64,000 bases of DNA, from the NCBI GenBank assembly GCA_040954595.2, contig CM082577.2:11317654-11381653 (forward strand), in the 5' to 3' direction. Made by a program: the position numbers and the translations under genes. The DNA is from Balanoglossus misakiensis (taxonomy: Eukaryota; Animalia; Hemichordata). Below, one piece after another: positions 52,401 to 61,400 of the stretch. Each line of letters opens with the position of its first letter. The stretch's first letter is position 1. The notes below the pieces were generated by a model that saw only the letters and a program-made list of their open reading frames with translations, was not told where the DNA came from and did no database searches.

Positions 52401-55400
52401 ACAACAATACAAACCAAACCTGGTGACTTAATATGATAATAATTTTTCAGATCTGGGTTCATTGGGTATATATTGCTCCGTTGTTTAGCTAATACGTGTT
52501 AAACATTGATCAGTATATCATGAGACTATATATGACTGAGTATAACTATAGTCACACTTGGATATAAAGGTTTTTCTAATCAAATAGGAGTACAGAGTCC
52601 TTGATGCTGTTTTGTAACTTTCTACCGGTACATGTAACCAATTTAGCTCTATACATGTACATCCCTATCACTAATAGATATTTGTGTCACAAGTCCTGCC
52701 TTACCAGCCATTATGATTATATACAGGAGGTCAATGACCACATTATAATAATGCCCATCTCTGAAAACACCAGTTTAATTTGCAAATTGAAATACCTATA
52801 ATACTGTAATATCATGATTTTTAGCCTGCACAAAGGGATGGTGATCTCTGACCATATTGATGATGCCTGAGCTGCATCACATGGTTCGGTCTTAGCAAAT
52901 CAAAAGTATGGACTACAGTGTGGGGTGTAATAATACAGTGCCTTTTAATTCGATTTTAATAAATAATTAAAGCTGCAAGCAGCGTTGAAGGGGCCCAAGC
53001 ATAGTGTGAATAACCATTAGACTCCATTCAGTGTTGTACAATTCAAATGCGTAGGCTGTATTTGCTCTCGATGTTGAGATATTGGGAAGTAGGCAACCAC
53101 CCGAAATGCATGTCCTACAAGTACAAACACAACAACCAAAGGTGAACTTCTACGTTGTAAGTACTTCAGTAAGTACATCAAAGGTCAGCTGAGGTACCCA
53201 AAATTGGGACAAAAATTAGGATTCTCTTTTGGTTCATATTCAAGACAACGGAAAATCCCCGCCCTTTGGGTTTGTCAAATTAGATATGGCCATAATAATG
53301 AGTTACGCAAGTAAGTTACAGGTGGCCCCAGGAATTTAGCATTTCATGACACAGAGGGTCCTACCCTACCCCTCCAAACACCTGGCTATATATGATGTGC
53401 ATGATAACATATGGAAAGCAGGTCAATGGACACCTGACGTCACCCAAAAATTTGACAATAAATTGTCATTCCTGTTTATGTCATGTGCAACAAATCATGC
53501 ATCTGCAGCCCTTCCACTTTGCCTACTATTAGGTATACATGTAATACATGAATCAAGCAGGTGTCACATGTATCCCCTTGTATTTGGCATTTCATGATAA
53601 TTTCATCCCTCCAAATACCAAAGCTGCACCTGTACAACGTGCTGAGATGTGGCACTGTACGACAGAGGTCATCCAAATCACCTTATACGTTTGGGCAAAA
53701 ATCAACTGACACACATTCGTCCCTGTGGAACAAAAACCACACATATCGCCCCGTTGGTTAGTGTAAAATTAAATGTACAAAATCAATGACTTTGGCAGGT
53801 GCAACAGGTGACCCCGCCTTTGGTATACCATTATGGTCCTATCCGTATATCCCCCCACTCCAAACCTGCATGCATCTGCTTTTATTCACTAAGCAAAAGC
53901 AGGTGAAATGTCACATAAGGTCGCCCACAACTTGACAGGAAAATCGGACTTCATATTGATCCATGTGCAACAAAAATCACGCTAGCATCCCTTTCATTGA
54001 CCCCACAATTACGCATGCACATAATTGAGTTACGCAGGTGACCCCCGAAACGGGCGTATTATTTTGGTCCCATACAGCTGCATGAACCTACGTGCCATTA
54101 CGGGCGACCTGATAACCCCCACGGCCACCTGCGAGCCGACCCCCATACTGAACATCCAGTTGCAATGTCTTGACTGAAGTAGGAACTTTTGAACGGCAAC
54201 GAAGCCTGATCTCTGATTATTGCTGGTACCATACTCCCTTCGTGCAAGAAAATCACTGGTCTGCTTACGTATTCGGTCGATTTCCCGAACTAATACCCAC
54301 TACATGTGACTACCATGCTAATGAAACCTGACTCGCCCATTAGCGACTGAGGGTCAAAGTCCACTGCCGCAATGTTAACCAGTGTAGCCGGGTCTGGATA
54401 GAAACATTTGAACGGCAACAGCTAACAAACTCAGCGTACTTCAATAAAACGCCCTAACACAGACTGAACTCTGATAATGTGTTGTCCCAAAATTCATTCC
54501 GTGGAAAATAATCACTGGTCTGTTTACGTATTTCAGCCGATTTTCCAACGAAGTGTGTACCCTGCTAATGAGACCTCCGCAGGATTACGTAATGACAGTG
54601 AAAGTCCGATACCCAAGTGTTCGTCCTCAGCCCACCAAAAAATGCGAAAAATATTACAAAAATCTTCTTCTCAAAATCGACTTGGCCTAGGACCTTGAAA
54701 TTTGGCACAGGCGATTTTGGCCACATAGTCTACAAAAATCGCGAAAAGAATGTACATGCCCCCATTAACGTGCACATTAGGTCAATTTGAAAATTTCGCT
54801 CGATTACAGACACAAAGTCACGTGACTAATTACAAATTCAAAGGGCAGGTGCACTAGTACTCATGGGCCCCAACCACCGTGCAAAATTTGGTAGGCGCAG
54901 CTGCCGGAATTTCAGAGAAAAACGGGCGCAAAAAAACGACTCAAGAAGAAAGAAGAAAAACTCCAGCAATAACAGAAGGGGACCAAGCGCCTGAGGGCGC
55001 TTGGTCCCCTAATTAAAATTTGAAATCATAATATTGAATGAAATTGTATTTGATCTGTTGTAAAAGCATTTGTATAAGCACAATGGATGGGTTGTTTTGA
55101 GCTGCACCTACTATACTATGTACATTCAGGGTCGACCTGCATTGTATAATGTGAATCCCACCCACCTTGTATTAGAGAAACAATGCCTCAAGGATATCTC
55201 TTGTCTGCTATTGATCTTTGGATGATGGCACACATGTTATTGTTGTCAATTTTGTTATCCAAATAGTTAGAATTCTACAAATCATAGTGCATACACTGTA
55301 TTCTGGTGTATACGTATTTGTGAAGTTATGATGAAGGGGTGGATGTTTTGATAAAAGTTTCAATACCATTTATAATAGGATGTTGTGTTTCATATCAAAG

Positions 55401-58400
55401 AATCTTCACATACCATGCAATGTCCTCTCCAAGAATTTCTCATAGCAAAGTGTCTAATTTGCATATCAATTGATGTTATTGTTATGTTAATTGTATTTCT
55501 ATTGTTTTACTAAAATTACAAGAGTAGTGGCCCTCATGCTTTATGCTCTGAGCAGAACACTGTTTTGTATACCAGGTTTTAGAGTGTTGCAGTTTGTAAA
55601 ACGATAGTAAGCATCCAGGTATCAGATATTTATTTATAAATAGCTTGCACCACTATCAAATGTTTCAAAATTACAATACGTATTCCTGATTTCTTGTTTT
55701 CTTTCACATCCACAGAGATGCGACAGACTACACTTATGTAAGAAGGTGAGTTACACCGACTTTTTTGAGCCCTTGTTTTATCACCTGAATAATTAATATT
55801 TCCGGGATTTTAATTTGAAAGCCTTCTGTCCCTCTCTAATGAAACTTTGCAATCTGAAACAAACTGAATTGCGTCTTTGTATGACACACTGGCTCATTAG
55901 CTTTTTACATGTATGTAATCATATATTTAGACAATGAGTGATGACTATAGTGCATGTAATTGCATGCAGATCAGTTTTACGTTGACCAGCTGCAAATTAG
56001 ATTTTACATATATTATAGTTACTGAATTATGTAATCCATTCATCCTAGCAGATGTTCATATGTTGAACGTTCTGCCAGTTCTTTCAGTGTTCATGAAATA
56101 TGTGGGTGTCATGAACACTGATATGCCGCCGAGAACGTGCTTGACTGTGTACCCTCTAAGCCCATATGACGTGCCACTGACTCAACAAACTCACTGGTGA
56201 CTCAATTATACACACTATATGCAAAGGTATAGGGCTGACGCAGAGAAATTTTTAGAAGATTTACATTTCAAGATCTTTCTTTTGTCTTGACAGTCCTACT
56301 TACTCACCGCAGCCAGAGGAATCAGAAGATTCTGATTGTCCAGTGCCTATCATGTCCAGGCGAGCATCCGGGAAATACACACCAACGCTTTCAGGCATGA
56401 AGGAGGAGGGTGGAACGCCGCGGAAGAGGAGAACCCCAGCAAGGGGGCAGCAGCAGCACAGTGGCGCAGGCATGACGACAAGGTCAAAGTCGAGACTACG
56501 CTCCGGTAATCTTCGGCAGAATGAGAGCATGCATCACCAAGGGTCCAGTACTCCTCAAAGTCAAACTGGCAGAAGGTCAAGGACCTACGAAGTAAGGACA
56601 TCGTCGGCCTACGAGAGTCAACACAGTACGCCGTCGCCCGTTACGGCATTGCATCACTTGTATGGTAAGTGTCTCTGAGAGAATTGTTTAGAAACCCTGT
56701 CAACGTGAAAATAAAGTGTTGAAGCAGCGCTGCTTGTTGACAAGTAAATAGAAACGCGAAAAGAATAAGACGGGCACATCAGTGATGGAAAGATTCTCAT
56801 TTTGAAGTGACAAGGATCAAAACGAAATCTAGGAGATTTACATACGATTTAATGGAAGCACAGTGTTCTTGACACTTTTTCACATCAGTACTATCATCTA
56901 ATGATGATCTTTTTCCTTTTCCAGGTCTAGACCATAGTGGTGAAAATTTGAATGACATTACTCCCTTGCCAGGTATGTCTGATGTTAGTTAGCCTTCTAT
57001 GTGTAATCATCTGAGGATTGCCATTTCTATTTTTTCCTTCTGGCAGAAATATTTCTCCCTGGCAAAACTGATCAAGTACATGATCTTTGCCCCAGATGAA
57101 TATTGCATGTGACTTATAAGTTGTCGATTGTTATTTTGAAGGTTCAATCAGATATGAAGTTACCGGTAGTCCCACTGTGAATTCAAGGCATACAGGAAGA
57201 CATAATTCAGGTATTTCATTTACATACATATGTACATGTATACTTATATATGAAATTGGAGTTTGATCTTAGCAACTGGGTAATATTTTGCATGAGCAAG
57301 TTTAATAATCTTGATATCAGATTCCAACCAAACTATTATGCACCTTGGAGACGGAATTTCAGAAAAATGATAGTCCTCCAGTTTTTTCAGTTCTTTGATA
57401 TACAACTTCAAGTATACTAGTATTAAGAAGAACCATGGTGTTCATTATCTTGTTAATCTTAATTTTTCTACTCTTTTGAAGGTCAAAGCAGAAATGAAGT
57501 TACAGTCAGTCACACTGTAAATTCAAGACACACCAGAACAGATAATTCAGGTATGTTGGATAATGGAAAAGGTGTATTTACAATTGCGTATTGTGCAAAC
57601 TGATTGACAATCCAGCTCTCCAAAAATGATTCTACTTCTAGGAAGTGAAAAAGGAAATTTTACTTCATGTGCAGAAAAGGAATTCAAAAAAAAAACTGTT
57701 TTTTCGTTAGTTCAATTATAATCAGCCTGATCAGTAATTAGTCAGAATATCTCTGTCATTATCATGCACATGGTGTGCACCTGGTTGAACCAGGAGATGT
57801 GTATGACCAATCAGAGACACCTTTATGAGATACTTGGCCAATCAAATCAACCATAGTTACATTATCTCCCTCATTTGTCTCCCTGACTAGTTCATCTCCA
57901 CGAGGAATACAGTGCTGCACTCCTAGAGGATTATTCAGGTATTTAAAATGGATGCTTTTTGTGTTTTGTTTGTTTTGCAGATTTTTGAAAATCTATTTCA
58001 CAATGCTCTCCCAAAATCTCCCTCTCGTTCAAAAAACTTTTCTCTGCATTCTACCACTCTAACAAGTTATTATTTTCCTTCCAGATACTGATGACAGTAC
58101 CGATGTACACAACAGCATGTCAGAGACTCCACCTACTGTTCTTACTCAAATCAAAACAATATTTAAGTTCCTTTATGTGTTTACAGGTAAAGTCATCAAA
58201 TTCAAATTATATTATACCAGTATATTGATGGTGTAAATCACGCTATTTTATTGGTCGAGACACGACACGTGACTGTGATATATTCGTCACATACCACAGT
58301 CATATATCACGCAAAACTCATAGTCAAAGAAAATGCCTTTTTAAAATGTTTTATGCAAAGTTTCAATATACTGGTATAATATAATAGCAATAAAACACCC

Positions 58401-61400
58401 CCAGCCATGGTATACCACTTGATTTTGACCAGTTCAACTCCATATACGCACTCGCTATCGCTCGTGCGTATATGTCGTGAACTGGTCAAAATCTCGTGGT
58501 ATACCATGGCTGGGGGTGTTTTATTGCTTAAATACATGTATATAATTGCAGAAAAGGGTGCCTTTAATTATTAACCTTAACGCTACAAATACGTATGTGC
58601 CAAATATGTACCAAATTGTAATGGTTTTCATTGGTTTAGCTGAGGGTCTTGTATAGGCCCTACTGAGTAACACGCACTTGGCAGCCTAACAGGCCTGGGT
58701 GCCAGGATTCTAAGCACCCTGGAAAATGAAACCAGTTTCAACAGACTTGGCAGCGTTAAGGTTTTAAAGAATGGGTGTTGTCTTAAGTTCTTTGTGCACA
58801 CAATTCAGTTAAACATTGAAATTCATTGCACATGGGGACAGAGCAGTGATTTTTGGTCGAATCAACAGTGTTCCCTTTTATACATGGGAGTTTGCCGTTT
58901 CAGAGCCACATATTGTTGTTAACATAGTCTGTGCATTTCATCTTCTTTGTTCATGTAGTTGCACTTATCACAAGGGTCGTGCTGCCCGGGCTTCAGAAGA
59001 TTTGGAAACGTCTTTGGAAGCTAGGTGTTATGGTGTTCGTATTAAATAAAGCAGCTGATTTCAAAGTGTACAGATACATTAGGTAAGTTTCCAATCACTT
59101 AATGGCCTTTGAATCTGTATAGTATTTTTTTATGCATGTGTTGTATTTCTCGCACATTGGCCTGCTTTACGGATGAAAATGTTACTCCAACTCTGAGTGC
59201 AAAGTTTGATGTTCAGCAGAAATCAAAATGCAGAGTGACGTTACATGATGATTGTCTCTAACCATCTTTTTTTTTGATGATCATCGTTTTTGTGTGAGAA
59301 GCTTAAATATTCTGTATATGAATAACCCTACATTGTATATATTGTCAGTCATGAGAGCTGTACACACCCTGTGTATTAGTGGATAACCAATTTCAATGAC
59401 AGTTTCTGGTTTGTTCCAAAATGTCTTTGACTATTACAGCTACAAGAAAAGTGTGAGTCTAGTTTATACACAACAAAAGTTGTCATTCGCACCCAGCATG
59501 TTCATAGAATTGAAAATTAGATCGCTGATGATTGCAAGTTTGATATATTTCCCAGACATGCACTTGTTCAACATTGTTATGTGTTCAGAGTCGATGGTCC
59601 TTTCAAGTGAGAATCTCACCTCACCATTCTTGAGATGCCTGTACAGGGGTCCGGTCTCTGACAAAATGAAAGAGAATTCTTGTCAGAGTTGACAGTACAC
59701 TATGAGAGATTGTGGAGACTACATGTACCGGTACATACAATGGACTGTTGTGTCATTCAGAGGGTTCAGGTGTTCCCTAGGGATAGGCCAGAGTCTGGAG
59801 ACGATAGTCGTTGCATTGTCTGGAGATTTATTTTCTGGTCACATACTGTTTCTGTGACATGTAGGCTATTTGTTATGCCTGCATGCCTACATGATCAAAT
59901 TTGAGGTATTTTTGCTGTGTGCATTTAGCATTCATGTCTGCACAGTGTCCACTCAAGTCCTGCTTCGATTCTTTCACTTTCAGAGATGGTTTTGTGTATG
60001 CAGTAAATGCAGTTTCCAACAGCACAGTTGTAGCGCGTAGTGCCAGTTGGCGGAGGAGATTTCTGTGGAGAAGCGAGGGTGAAGATGAAATGGAAGACAC
60101 AATATCACAAGCAAGTGAGGATGATGAGATGGAGGAAGATGTCGACTTGGAGACTACCACTACCGTCATCAGGACGGTAATTGAAAGAAAGAGAACCAAG
60201 GCAAGGGCACTTGCACTTCCGTGCCCTTTCTTTTGCCTGCCTCTTCTACTCTTGCTGTTACTTGGTACAACAGGTGAGTGTGTGTGTGTGCTCACTGTTT
60301 AGGCAAGTGGAATCTTAGGCTTTTAAAGCTGAAGAATTGTATTCAGTATCTGGGTTTTTCAACACAGGCCTTTTGTATTAATTAACAACAGTGTTCTTCC
60401 CAAGAATTTCTGGCAGAGTGGTGGCTAATTTACATAACATAATTGAAAATTATCATGTTAAATGATTTTCTATTGTTTTCCAAAAGTTACAGAGTGGCGG
60501 CCTCGCTTTGTAACTGCTCTGAGGGAGAACACTGCTGCCATCTCCAAGTTTCATTTAACTTTGGATAAGAGTCTGTTCACAGTAGTTTCTCATATGGTCA
60601 CATGATGCGCATACAGCACATTGACATCCAACAACTTTTGCCTTATTTGCGCTGAAATTACTTTATCAACAAACAAAATGAAATCATTTTTGGTTGAAGT
60701 TTCTTGGAAGTTAAGTCATGAAAATAACGCTAAAAGTTGTACATGCCACTAATTTAATTCTGAACTATAGGGAAATGTAAAAATGAAATGCAATCAATAC
60801 TGGCACCATTTACGATTTGTGATATTTTTTGTTGCAGCTTTCTATATTTATCCCACCAGCGAAGTTACCCAACCACTGCCTCTTGGTAACGCTACCAGCA
60901 ATGCCACAGAAGATAAGCTTGCCAAAGTTGTGAACCTTACTTCACAACACCAAGATTTACATTTAGTGAGTACCACTACCAGTATATCTCTCTCTGTGTA
61001 TTCTCACTGGAGATGGTGTTGGAACGCAGTTGATAGTGTCGTCACTTTCCGGTCTTTGTTACCCATTCTCAAAACGAGGCTAGTTATTCAAAAACAATCT
61101 TGCAATAGTGAAAGATATACAACACTCAAAAGCCCTTCCAATCTATAGTGCCAATCTTTGTCAATGAAGTCTGGGTAAACAAGATGGCGACAAAGCGTAG
61201 AGATTTTCCTATTGACTCTCCCCCAGACCCACTTTGGGTAGCCACATTCAGGGTGTAGGTATTAACAGAGACCAACTGATCTTGTGCTTAGAGAGATGTC
61301 CAGTATACCCAATGATCCCCCATTTTATAAAATGCACCTGAAAACACTGATATGAAACTTCTAGTTCATTGCGATGGCGAGAAGTTTTCTAAAATGAACA

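Noticed and set aside
43986-58537. Similar ORFs at 43986 (+) and 58307 (-)
   Set aside because: Both derive from copies of the same non-coding Crypton-like element.
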